In this document: positions 30,208-39,739 of the stretch, piece after piece | Numbering within the stretch: the first letter of the stretch is position 1 | How the letters are laid out: every line of letters begins with the position of its first letter | Assembly: GCA_013334765.1 (NCBI GenBank) | Contig: JAAXWW010000001.1 | Location: 172,589 to 236,588 of the forward strand | Direction of reading: 5' to 3' | DNA: 64,000 nt | Source of the DNA: Candidatus Moraniibacteriota bacterium | Lineage (GTDB): Bacteria; Patescibacteriota; Minisyncoccia; Moranbacterales; UBA2206 | Made by a program: the position numbers and the translations under genes | Notes under the pieces: model-generated | Told to the model about the DNA's origin: nothing | Databases searched by the model: none | What the model saw: the letters and a program-made list of their open reading frames with translations, nothing else

Positions 30208-31533
30208 ATGTCAAAACCGCTTATTCAGGTCAGCAATCTGAAAGTAATATACAATGAAGGCAAGTCGAACGAAGTGCGATCATTGGATAATGTCAGCACT
30301 AGCATATATGCCCAAGAGTACGTGATTATTTATGGCCCATCCGGATGCGGAAAGTCTACCTTGCTTTATTCTATTTCCGGATTGCAGAAGCCGACGGAAG
30401 GGGATGTCTATGTCGAAGGGAAGAAGCTGGCTTATATGAAAAAAGACGAGCTGGTAAAGCTGCATCAGTCGAAGATGGGTATGGTTTTTCAGGCTTTCTA
30501 TCTGATATCCTCGCTGAATGTCCTTGATAACATTTGCCTCCCCAAGGTTTTTTGCGGAGAGCCTAGAGCGAAAAGAAGGGAATACGGCATAAAGCTCCTG
30601 CAGCGTTTCGGGATCGTCGAGCAGACTAGCAAGTTTCCTTCTCAGCTTTCAGGAGGTCAGAAACAGCGGGTTTCCATAGCTAGAGCTCTTGTCAATGATC
30701 CGGAAATAATCCTGGCAGACGAACCGGTCGGGAATCTGGACAGTGTTTCATCGGAAAATGTTCTTCAGATCCTGAAAGACCTGAATCAGATAGACAAGAA
30801 GACGGTTATTCTGGTTACTCACAATCCGGAACATCTTCATTTCGCTGACAGGGTCATCCATATGAAGGATGGCAAGATATTGAGGGAAGAGATACTGACC
30901 GACAAGCAGCGGCCGGAGTATGTCTATGTGGACAAGAATGATGTCGGGATAAATCCTGACAAGCTGTCTCCGGATCTCAAGCTGCTGGCTCGGACTTTCA
31001 AGAACCTTTCGCCGGCTCAGATCGGTTCCCTACTGGTTCCTTTCAAGGCCAATCAGCTGCTTTCATATATAACCTCAGACATGATGGAAGAGCAGCTGAC
31101 TGTCGCTGGCGCCTACCTCAAAGAGTTCCTATTCGGGAATATCGAGCTTAACGATTTTGCGAGGAATCTGGACCTGGATTATAAGAAGGGCGGAGCCGGG
31201 TGGAACAAGTCAAGAGCTGAAAAATTTTCCAAGCGCGTATCTGATCTGGCCGAATGCGTGAAAGTTCTCGGAGAAAGCAGGCCCAACGGAGAGAAGATCG
31301 ATTTTCTGGCGAACTACCTTATCGGCCAATTCAATCTTAATCTGAAAGAAGACAGTCTTTTCTTTTTCAAGTCGTTCGTCGGGAAAAGGATCGGCAATGA
31401 GATAGACCGCATCGAATTGGAAAAGAAATTCGATCTTCCCATGTCAAAAGGAGGAGTTGGCATGTATAGCCGTACGGCCGAGAAGGTTTCCCGGGAAGTC
31501 GAGATGATAATGCTGCTTCGCTATACGGTCTGA
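30208..31533 (+). CDS. ABC transporter ATPase (LolD/MacB-like) with C-terminal extension
   Basis: GPSGCGKS, LSGGQKQR, ILADEP, VTH. Confidence 0.9.
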   Translation: MSKPLIQVSNLKVIYNEGKSNEVRSLDNVSTSIYAQEYVIIYGPSGCGKSTLLYSISGLQKPTEGDVYVEGKKLAYMKKDELVKLHQSKMGMVFQAFYLISSLNVLDNICLPKVFCGEPRAKRREYGIKLLQRFGIVEQTSKFPSQLSGGQKQRVSIARALVNDPEIILADEPVGNLDSVSSENVLQILKDLNQIDKKTVILVTHNPEHLHFADRVIHMKDGKILREEILTDKQRPEYVYVDKNDVGINPDKLSPDLKLLARTFKNLSPAQIGSLLVPFKANQLLSYITSDMMEEQLTVAGAYLKEFLFGNIELNDFARNLDLDYKKGGAGWNKSRAEKFSKRVSDLAECVKVLGESRPNGEKIDFLANYLIGQFNLNLKEDSLFFFKSFVGKRIGNEIDRIELEKKFDLPMSKGGVGMYSRTAEKVSREVEMIMLLRYTV

Positions 31534-31554
31534 TTATATTTTTCATAAAAAAAC

Positions 31555-32775
31555 ATGAGATTCAGTGATCTGTTGATTCTTTCAACCAGGATGTTCAAAG
31601 CCCGCACGTCGCGGACGATTTTGACGATTCTCGGCATGAGCATCGGAATCGGGGCTATCCTTTTCCTGGTTTCCATGGGGTATGGCCTTCAGAAAACAAT
31701 TCTTGAAAGGATAACCACTTCGGATTCGCTGCTGACTTTGGATGTCACGGAGGACAAGTCTTCAGCGGCTGTTCTCAATGAGGACTCGCTAGGGGGACTG
31801 AAAAATATTCCCGGTGTCGGGGAGATGAGCCCATCCTTCCATCTGAGCGGAAAAGGTAAAATAGACGGATTGACGGCGGATCTTTCGCTGACGGTAACTG
31901 ATCCGACTTTCATGAGACTGAGTGGGATAAAAATGAATCAAGGCGTGTCTATCAATGACAATAATTATCAGGGCGTCGTCATATCATCAATGGTGGCGAG
32001 GATTTTCGGAAAGAACGAGGAGGAGCTCATCGGGAAGGAGCTGGCTATAAATATCTCTAAGGACGCTGGCAATAAAACCGAAGGCTCTGGCAGCGGATTA
32101 AAAGAAACGAATGCTGAAGCAGCGGGATATGAAAGCAGGAATTTCGTGATAATCGGGACTACCGAAGGCGAAGACAATTCCGTGTATGTGAATTCCGGAT
32201 CGATCGGGGATGTGATTGCGAGCCATTTCGACCAGGTCAAAATAAAATGCAACAATAGCAAAGACATGTCTTTCGTCAGGGAACAGATAATCGGGAAAGG
32301 ATTCCTAGTGTCTTCGATTTCCGAGACGGTCGATCAGGCCAATAAGATTTTCGGAATCGTCAAGTTCGTCCTGATGCTTTTCGGGATCATCGCTCTTATC
32401 GTCAGTGCTATCGGGATGTTCAATACGATGACGATCGCCCTTCTTGAAAGGACGGAGGAAATCGGCATCATGAAATCTATCGGGGCATCCGATTCCATGG
32501 TATCGATGATATTCATCATGGAATCGACCATGATGGGCTTTCTCGGAGGAATCGTGGGAGTTGCCATAGGCTGGATTGAGGGTCAGATTTTCAACGGCGC
32601 GGTCAATATCCTAGCTCACTATTTTGGCGGTGAAAAAGTCAATCTTTTCTATAGCCCGTTGTGGTTTGTCATGTCTATTCTCATTTTTTCCGCGTTTGTC
32701 GGATTTGTGACCGGAGTGATTCCGGCGCGTCGCGCCAGCCGCATAGATCCGCTGGACGCGTTGAGATATAAATAG
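31555..32775 (+). CDS. ABC transporter permease (MacB/FtsX family)
   Basis: LLERTEEIGIMKSIGA, PARRASRIDPLDALRY. Confidence 0.92.
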   Translation: MRFSDLLILSTRMFKARTSRTILTILGMSIGIGAILFLVSMGYGLQKTILERITTSDSLLTLDVTEDKSSAAVLNEDSLGGLKNIPGVGEMSPSFHLSGKGKIDGLTADLSLTVTDPTFMRLSGIKMNQGVSINDNNYQGVVISSMVARIFGKNEEELIGKELAINISKDAGNKTEGSGSGLKETNAEAAGYESRNFVIIGTTEGEDNSVYVNSGSIGDVIASHFDQVKIKCNNSKDMSFVREQIIGKGFLVSSISETVDQANKIFGIVKFVLMLFGIIALIVSAIGMFNTMTIALLERTEEIGIMKSIGASDSMVSMIFIMESTMMGFLGGIVGVAIGWIEGQIFNGAVNILAHYFGGEKVNLFYSPLWFVMSILIFSAFVGFVTGVIPARRASRIDPLDALRYK

Positions 32776-32793
32776 GATCAGGATTTTATCGCT

Positions 32794-33255
32794 ATGAAAC
32801 TCAGTCTTGAAATAAACAATCAAACCAAGGCTCCGGTCAGGAAGCCCTTCGTGGAGAAAGCCATGCTTTATGCTTTGGATTTTTCGGGATTCGATTTTTC
32901 GAAAAAAAAAGACATTTCGATAAGTTTCGCTTGGGTTTCCGAAGAACAAATAAGGCGTCTCAATAGGGATTATCGCAAGAAAGACAGCATTACTGATATC
33001 CTGTCTTTTCCTGAATTGAACAGCAAGAAAGAAATCGACGGCGTGTCCGGGGATATGTTTCTGGGAGAATTGATTCTGTGCTATAATTACATAAAGGAAT
33101 ATGCTGAAAAAGGAAAGTCTAAGGACGCGGTCGGGAGAGAGCTCGCGGGCGTCATAGCTCATGGTGTTTTGCATTTGCTCGGATTCAGACATGGAGCAAA
33201 GATGTTCGGAGTGCAAAAGGAAGTGGTTCAGGCTATTTATAAGGATAAGAACTGA
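32794..33255 (+). CDS. ybeY: rRNA maturation endoribonuclease
   Basis: LNRDYR...TDILSF, HGVLHLLGFRH. Confidence 0.93.
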   Translation: MKLSLEINNQTKAPVRKPFVEKAMLYALDFSGFDFSKKKDISISFAWVSEEQIRRLNRDYRKKDSITDILSFPELNSKKEIDGVSGDMFLGELILCYNYIKEYAEKGKSKDAVGRELAGVIAHGVLHLLGFRHGAKMFGVQKEVVQAIYKDKN

Positions 33256-33257
33256 CA

Positions 33258-33620
33258 ATGAACAGGATCCGCCAATTCATGAGGAGTCTCTCTTGCGCTG
33301 CAAGAGGTCTTGCTTATGCTTTGAGACACGAAAGCAATTTTCAGAACGAGCTGGCTTTTTCCGTGCTTGTGGTTTCGGCGATGTTCTATTATCACGTGAC
33401 GCGCTCGGAGATGATAGTCCTGTTCCTGGTCATCATGGTCGTCCTCATCATGGAACTTATGAATACCGTGGTTGAGCGGGTTGCTGACATATTGAAACCT
33501 AGGGTTCATCCATATGTCCGCCTCATTAAGGATCTGATGGCGGCATCCGTGCTGGTCGCGTCCATTTTCGCTGTCATCATAGGGCTCATAATATTCGTTC
33601 CGTATATCATCGCGAAATAA
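33258..33620 (+). CDS. dgkA: diacylglycerol/undecaprenol kinase
   Basis: ELMNTVVERVAD, IKDLMAASV; follows ybeY. Confidence 0.88.
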   Translation: MNRIRQFMRSLSCAARGLAYALRHESNFQNELAFSVLVVSAMFYYHVTRSEMIVLFLVIMVVLIMELMNTVVERVADILKPRVHPYVRLIKDLMAASVLVASIFAVIIGLIIFVPYIIAK

Positions 33621-33650
33621 ACAAAAATAAGATTAAGCTATAATCACGCC

Positions 33651-34913
33651 ATGTCAAAAAAAGATATTATCGTCGGTATCGATATCGGATCCTCGAGCAT
33701 AAGGACCGTCATTGCCAATCGCTTGACTAAGGATGAGAAGCCGCGCGTTATCGGAGTCGGCGTGACCCCTTCTTTCGGCGTAAGACGAGGAGTCATTGTT
33801 GATTTGGAAGAAGTGTCCCGCGCGCTTAGCGAATCTATCGAAATCGCCGAAAGGATTGCCGGGGTTCAGATAAGCCATGCCACGCTAGGAGTGGGCGGCA
33901 GCCATATATCATCGCAATACACCAAGGGCGTAATCGCGGTCGGGAGAGCTGATGGGGAAGTGACTCCTGATGATATCATGCGGGTGATCGGAGCGGCTCA
34001 AGCCATATCCGTACCTCCGAACAAGGAAATCATCCACATCGTTCCAAGAGGTTATTCCCTTGATGATCAGAAGAATATCAAGGATCCTCTTGGCATGAAC
34101 GGAGTGCGCTTGGAGGTCGAGGCGGCTATCATCGAAGGCCCGACCCAGCACATGCGGAATCTTGCCAAATGCGCTGATCAGACGGGTATCGGAGTGGATA
34201 ATTTCGTTCTTTCTCCTCTGGCCGCAGCCAAGTCGGTACTTTCGAAAAGGCAGAAAGAGCTGGGCGTAGTGCTTGCCGATATCGGAGGCGGATCGACTTC
34301 GGTTACGGTTTTCGAGGAAAACGATCTGCTGCACGTGACTATCATTCCGGTTGGCGGAAACCATATTACTAACGATATAGCGATAGGGCTCAGGACTTCC
34401 ATCGATGTGGCTGAGAAGGTCAAGCTCGAATTTGGCAACGCTAATCCGGAAGAAATCAGCAAGAAGGAAAACATCGATCTTTCTCAACTGGACAGTGCGG
34501 AGGAGGGAATCGTATCGCGCCACCATGTGGCTGAAATAATCCAAGCAAGGCTCGAGGAGATATTCAATCTCATCAATAAGGAATTGCGCGCAATCGGCCG
34601 CGATCGCTTGCTCCCGGCAGGAATCGTTATCACCGGCGGAACTTCGAAACTTCCCGGCTGCGTCGATCTCGCCAAGGACATGCTAGGGCTTCCCGCGCAA
34701 ACCGGTTTCCCTTTGCCTCTTGGGGGGCTTGTGGACAAGGTCGATGATCCGTCCTTTGCGACGGCTGTGGGCTTGGTCTTGTGGGCTCTTGAAAATGAGG
34801 AAATGCCGCTTAAAAGAGAAAATTCAGGCTTGAATGCGAGGAATATGCTGCCAGGAAATATGGATGAAACGGTCAATAACATAAGGAAATGGTTTGGCAA
34901 GTTTTTGCCATAA
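33651..34913 (+). CDS. ftsA: cell division protein FtsA
   Basis: GIDIGSS, DIGGGST, GGNHITNDI, VITGG. Confidence 0.97.
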   Translation: MSKKDIIVGIDIGSSSIRTVIANRLTKDEKPRVIGVGVTPSFGVRRGVIVDLEEVSRALSESIEIAERIAGVQISHATLGVGGSHISSQYTKGVIAVGRADGEVTPDDIMRVIGAAQAISVPPNKEIIHIVPRGYSLDDQKNIKDPLGMNGVRLEVEAAIIEGPTQHMRNLAKCADQTGIGVDNFVLSPLAAAKSVLSKRQKELGVVLADIGGGSTSVTVFEENDLLHVTIIPVGGNHITNDIAIGLRTSIDVAEKVKLEFGNANPEEISKKENIDLSQLDSAEEGIVSRHHVAEIIQARLEEIFNLINKELRAIGRDRLLPAGIVITGGTSKLPGCVDLAKDMLGLPAQTGFPLPLGGLVDKVDDPSFATAVGLVLWALENEEMPLKRENSGLNARNMLPGNMDETVNNIRKWFGKFLP

Positions 34914-34952
34914 ATAAGCTCATTTATGGCATTTTTTCGTATGTTTGCCAAT

Positions 34953-34982
34953 TTGACATTTTAATGCTCGGTATGCTAGATT
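34953..34982 (+). promoter_or_regulatory. putative ftsZ promoter
   Basis: TTGACA, 18 bp, TAGATT preceded by TGn. Confidence 0.5.
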
Positions 34983-35189
34983 GAATTACTGAGGAATATA
35001 GGGGAAAAATAAAAAGAAATCTATCCAAAGTTCAAAAACCGAGCCTTTCCGCGTGAGCAGGGTTTTCAGCGCCTCACGACGTTCAAGATTCGGGGCCTGA
35101 TTTGGATTTTTTATTAGATAAATTATTTAATGGACGGGTGATGATTTTTTCAAAAATCAATGCCGCATCAGCTTAATAAATAAAACCAT

Positions 35190-36416
35190 ATGGCAGAAAT
35201 AAAACCACCGGTAGAAACATTCGCGCGTATCAAAGTCGTCGGTGTCGGAGGATCAGGAGGACACGCGATAAGCCGGATGATCGAATCAAAACTCAAGGGA
35301 GTTGAGTTCGTGGCGATAAACACCGATGCGCAGGATCTTCATCACAACAAGGCCCCTGAGAAGGTGCATATCGGAAAGAATCTGACCAAGGGGCTGGGAG
35401 CTGGGATGAATCCTGATGTGGGACGCCAGGCAGCCGAGGAAAATCGGGACGAGATCCAGGAGGTTCTCAAAGGAAGCGATATGGTTTTCGTCACTTGCGG
35501 CCTGGGCGGAGGAACAGGATCCGGAGCGGCTCCGATCGTGGCTGAAACTGCCAAGGAAATCGGTGCCCTTACTGTCGCGGTCGTGACGCGCCCATTCACT
35601 TTCGAGGGAGTACAGAGACGCACGATTGCCGATGATGCTCTTGAAAACTTGCGCGAGAGGGTTGATGCTATCATAACTATACACAACGACAAGCTGCTTC
35701 AGATTATCGATAAGAAGACAACCCTTCTTAATTCATTCAGCATAGTGGACGATGTCCTTCGTCAAGGTGTCCAGGGAATATCCGACCTCATAACCAAGCC
35801 CGGAATCGTCAATGTCGACTTCGCTGACGTGAGAGCCATCATGAATAACAGCGGTTCGGCTCTTATGGGAATCGGAGTCGGTTCCGGAGAGAATAGGGCG
35901 GCCGAAGCTGCCAAGGCGGCTATCAACAGCCCGCTTCTCGAGCTCTCGATCGATGGCGCCAGAGGAGTGCTCTTCAATGTCAGCGGTTCGTCAGACCTTA
36001 CCATGCTTGAAATAAATGAAGCTGCCAATATAATCACCGAATCGGTCGATCCGAACGCCAAGGTGATTTTCGGAGCGGTCGTAGACGATTCCATCAAGAA
36101 GGGTGAAGTCCAGATTACGGTTGTCGCTACCGGTTTCGATGAGGATCGCGTTTCGAAGGAAAACCCATTGGACAAGATCCTGCGCGGACGCCAGCAGGCT
36201 CAGCAGGAAGAGGAACAGGAATCCGTTTTCGAAGAGAAACAGTCGAAACCGAAGATGACTTTCCCTCAAAAGGAAGAATCGCGCATGATAATCGATGAGA
36301 AAGTCCCGCCGAAAATCCAGCGCCCGGCTGTTTTCACTCAAAAAGAAAAGCAGCTTGAAGAGGATGACGACGATCTTGAAATCCCGGCTTTCATCAGAAG
36401 GAAGATGGGGAAATAG
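35190..36416 (+). CDS. ftsZ: cell division protein FtsZ
   Basis: GGGTGSG tubulin motif, NVDFAD, C-terminal LEIPAFIR. Confidence 0.99.
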   Translation: MAEIKPPVETFARIKVVGVGGSGGHAISRMIESKLKGVEFVAINTDAQDLHHNKAPEKVHIGKNLTKGLGAGMNPDVGRQAAEENRDEIQEVLKGSDMVFVTCGLGGGTGSGAAPIVAETAKEIGALTVAVVTRPFTFEGVQRRTIADDALENLRERVDAIITIHNDKLLQIIDKKTTLLNSFSIVDDVLRQGVQGISDLITKPGIVNVDFADVRAIMNNSGSALMGIGVGSGENRAAEAAKAAINSPLLELSIDGARGVLFNVSGSSDLTMLEINEAANIITESVDPNAKVIFGAVVDDSIKKGEVQITVVATGFDEDRVSKENPLDKILRGRQQAQQEEEQESVFEEKQSKPKMTFPQKEESRMIIDEKVPPKIQRPAVFTQKEKQLEEDDDDLEIPAFIRRKMGK

Positions 36417-36437
36417 GAAGCCAAGCATCTTTCATAT

Positions 36438-36470
36438 AAAAAAAGTCCCGGCGTTCTGCTGGGACTTTTT
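36438..36470. terminator. bidirectional intrinsic terminator
   Basis: AAAAAGTCCCGGC...GCTGGGACTTTTT between convergent genes. Confidence 0.7.
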
Positions 36471-36474
36471 GCTT

Positions 36475-37971
36475 TCACATGACCGATTTCAGTTTCCAGA
36501 AATCGAACCATTGCCGCAACTGGAACTCATGCGGAGTGAGCGGCATATAGTAGGTCAATGGGGCGAAGAATATGAATACTACTACCGTAATCGCAATGAA
36601 TATGGTCATGCCGCGAAGCAGCTGCACATCCTCTCCCCTTATCTTGCCTTCGAATATGTAGTGGAACAGCATATATAACATGAGGAGGGAGAAGATGAGA
36701 GGGATGAGATAGTGATAAAGGTACATGACTCTGGCGGTTTCATACATCACGGACATATAGGAAATATAGAGCATGGAAAAAGTCAGTATCAGATAAAAAA
36801 GCCGCCTGTTCTTGGTTGAAAGTTTGAAAACGGCGACTGACAGGATGAGCGTGAAGCTCAGAACGACGCTCAGGAGCCCGCTTGCCCAAATCACCGGATT
36901 TCCTTGGAAATACAGATAGCGGGCAGTCTCAGCCGTTTTCGCCCAGCGGTAATTGATACTCTTGTTTCCGAATGGCCAGCCAAGCGGCAGGCTGCCGTTC
37001 TCTTCCGGTTTGCATCCGTCGTAAGCAGGAACATTGGCTTCATATGTTTTCGAATAAAGCAGGTTTTCAGCCATCATGCGCGGGAAGCTGGATGGCAGAT
37101 ATTCTTTTCCGTCCCGCACGATGTCCTGGTATTTCTCCGACGCGCCGTATATCCGGTCATCGATTATTTTCTTTCCGATAACGAAGTGTACATAATAGGT
37201 GCTGGAAAAAACGAACAATACTCCAAGCGTGAAGACTATTCCTTCGATCAGGATATTCCTCAGGCCTAAAAACATCTCGCGGGTCTTAGCCGCTTTGAAT
37301 CTTTCCTCGTGATACAGAAGAAAAGGAAGAAGCAGTATCAGGATTGCCGAGTTGAGCTTGACGGCGATGGATAGCCCGGTGATAATCCCGAAAACCAGAT
37401 AGTGCGTTTTTTTCGGATTATCTTTTTTGAATAGGATGAGGAAATATAGAATGGAAAGAAGCATGAAGAATATCTGCGTGCTATCGAGGAGGGCGCCTCT
37501 TGATTGGATGACAAAGGAATTTTCAAAAACATAAAGCGAAGTGAAAGAAAACGCAGTCAGATAGTTTCTCGATATTTCAAAAAGGATAAGAAAAAAGACG
37601 ACTGCTCCCAGCCATCCGAAAAGAGCTGGAAATAATCTCACGCCCCGCCAGGAATATCCCTCGGGAATATCGTCGTTCTTTAGGAAATCGGTGTGGTCGA
37701 ACGAGGACGTATCAAGCTGTTTGTTCGGTTTCAGGATGTATTCTCCCAATGCGATGAACAGCTTGCCGAGCGGAGGATGGGGCTCCATGAACATGACTCC
37801 GTCAAGATATTTCTGAGCTGAAGCGATGTGATAGTTTTCATCCCAAAACGGCGCTCGGGGATTCTCATAATTCCTGAAATAAGTGAAATACGACACCGCA
37901 AAAACAACTAGGCAAAGGATTATTTTGATTGATTTTTCTGAAGCTAGCATGGCAGCTATTTTCTTTTTCAT
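36475..37971 (-). CDS. PMT-family (GT39) lipid-carrier-dependent protein mannosyltransferase
   Basis: FWDENYH...HPPLGKL, GNPVIW, YLYHY; multi-pass; likely start ATG 37971. Confidence 0.85.
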   Translation of the reverse strand: MKKKIAAMLASEKSIKIILCLVVFAVSYFTYFRNYENPRAPFWDENYHIASAQKYLDGVMFMEPHPPLGKLFIALGEYILKPNKQLDTSSFDHTDFLKNDDIPEGYSWRGVRLFPALFGWLGAVVFFLILFEISRNYLTAFSFTSLYVFENSFVIQSRGALLDSTQIFFMLLSILYFLILFKKDNPKKTHYLVFGIITGLSIAVKLNSAILILLLPFLLYHEERFKAAKTREMFLGLRNILIEGIVFTLGVLFVFSSTYYVHFVIGKKIIDDRIYGASEKYQDIVRDGKEYLPSSFPRMMAENLLYSKTYEANVPAYDGCKPEENGSLPLGWPFGNKSINYRWAKTAETARYLYFQGNPVIWASGLLSVVLSFTLILSVAVFKLSTKNRRLFYLILTFSMLYISYMSVMYETARVMYLYHYLIPLIFSLLMLYMLFHYIFEGKIRGEDVQLLRGMTIFIAITVVVFIFFAPLTYYMPLTPHEFQLRQWFDFWKLKSVM

Positions 37972-38096
37972 TTTATTTGGCAAGTTCGTTATATTGGATA
38001 TTATAATAACTTTCCTGATAAATAGCCATGCTGTTTTACTTGGCAAACGGCTTGTGTTAGCATGAATAAAGGAAAACAAGCACTAATCAGAACGGA

Positions 38097-39053
38097 ATGG
38101 AAAAAACAGCCAAATATTCGATCGTTGTCCCTGTTTTCAATGAAGATCAGGTATTGGAAGAATTCCATATGCGGATAACCTCCGTCATGCAATCGGTTCA
38201 TGAAAGCTATGAGCTGATTTTCATAAACGACGGCAGCCAGGACAGGTCTTCGGCAATTATCGAGTCGCTTCACGAAAAAGACGAGACAGTGAAACTCCTG
38301 AGCTTCTCGCGCAATTTCGGTCATCAAGTCGCGATAACTGCCGGAATGGATTGCTCGTCCGGTCAGGCCGTGATCGTTATTGATTCCGATCTTCAAGACC
38401 CGCCGGAAGTCATTCTGGAAATGATAAAGAAATGGAAAGAAGGCCATGATGTGGTTTATGGGAAACGCATCCGAAGGAAAGAGAGGTCATTGTTCAAAAA
38501 AACTACTGCCGCTATATTCTACCGGGTGCTAAGAAGCATAACCGACAGCGATATCCCAGTTGATGTGGGCGATTTCAGATTGATTGATCGCAGGGTGTGC
38601 GATGTCATGAAAGGCTTCACGGAGAAGAACCGTTATGTGCGCGGACTTGTCAGCTGGGTTGGATTCCGGCAGGCAGCTGTCGAATATGAAAGGGACGAGC
38701 GGTTTGCTGGAAAAACCAAATATTCGCTCGGGAAAATGATGAAGTTCGCTATTGATGCCGCTACCTCTTTTTCGCACAAGCCGCTCAAGATGGCATCGTA
38801 TCTGGGCGTATTTTTTTCAGGGGTCAGCTTTGTTTATCTCTTGGTGGTTTTATATGAGAGGGTCTTTACGGAGAAGACGGTCGTCGGCTGGACTTCCATC
38901 GTGGCGGTCAATCTGTTCTTCAATGGCATCGTGCTCATAATCCTCGGAGCCATAGGGGAATATATCGGCCGGATTTATGACGAAAGCAAGAATCGGCCGC
39001 TTTATATAATAGAAAGCAAAAAAGGATTCGGCGATGAATCCATTGGTAGATAA
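38097..39053 (+). CDS. GT2 polyprenol-phosphate glycosyltransferase (GtrB-like)
   Basis: VVPVFNE, NDGSQD, SRNFGHQ, DSDLQDPPE, GDFRL, two C-terminal TMs. Confidence 0.92.
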   Translation: MEKTAKYSIVVPVFNEDQVLEEFHMRITSVMQSVHESYELIFINDGSQDRSSAIIESLHEKDETVKLLSFSRNFGHQVAITAGMDCSSGQAVIVIDSDLQDPPEVILEMIKKWKEGHDVVYGKRIRRKERSLFKKTTAAIFYRVLRSITDSDIPVDVGDFRLIDRRVCDVMKGFTEKNRYVRGLVSWVGFRQAAVEYERDERFAGKTKYSLGKMMKFAIDAATSFSHKPLKMASYLGVFFSGVSFVYLLVVLYERVFTEKTVVGWTSIVAVNLFFNGIVLIILGAIGEYIGRIYDESKNRPLYIIESKKGFGDESIGR

Positions 39054-39124
39054 TAATTTTCTTGCTGTTTTTTTTGAAGTGTGCAGTCCCTGGCGAAGGC
39101 CTGGGATTTTATGTATGGTCCGAC

Positions 39125-39216
39125 TGTGGATAACCCTGTTTTTTGGCTTGAAAAGGGATCCTTGCCATAAAGTTTGGTAGTAGTATAATTGTTTATAGAC
39201 ACACAACATATTGTGT
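39125..39216 (+). promoter_or_regulatory. nrd promoter region with DnaA box, sigma70 promoter and NrdR box
   Basis: TGTGGATAA (39125-39133); TTGCCA-16-TATAAT (39162-39189); ACACAACATATTGTGT (39201-39216). Confidence 0.7.
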
Positions 39217-39233
39217 AAATATCAAAAAAAGCT

Positions 39234-39683
39234 ATGAATTGTCCATTCTGCAGCAACAGTGAAACCAAGGTTGTTGATTCGCGCGAAACCAACGAAGGCA
39301 AGATCACCAGGAGAAGGCGGGAATGCTCGAAATGCAGCTCAAGGTTCAGCACTTATGAAGAAGTCGAGCTTCTCAATGTCACCGTGGTGAAGCGTGACGG
39401 AACGCGCGCCGACTATGACAAAAGGAAGGTCGAGGCCGGGATTAGGAAAGCGCTCGAGAAGCGTCCCATATCGGAGGAAAAGATATCCAAGCTGGTCGGA
39501 GAAATAGAATATGAGATCCGTTCGCGCGAGAAGTCGGAAATAACATCAAGAGAAATCGGGAAGATAATCCTCAAGAAGCTCCGCCCGTTCGATGAAGTGG
39601 CCTATGTCAGGTTCGCGAGCGTATACAAATCATTCGCGAGCGTGGAAAGCTTCAAGAAAGAATTGGACACGTTCGACAAATAA
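39234..39683 (+). CDS. nrdR: transcriptional repressor NrdR
   Basis: CPFC...RRRRECSKC zinc ribbon, ATP cone, VAYVRFASVY. Confidence 0.98.
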   Translation: MNCPFCSNSETKVVDSRETNEGKITRRRRECSKCSSRFSTYEEVELLNVTVVKRDGTRADYDKRKVEAGIRKALEKRPISEEKISKLVGEIEYEIRSREKSEITSREIGKIILKKLRPFDEVAYVRFASVYKSFASVESFKKELDTFDK

Positions 39684-39739
39684 AAAAGCAAGCAAATTTA
39701 TTTTCATAATTACCATTAATCAATCAGGGGAAAACCGGT

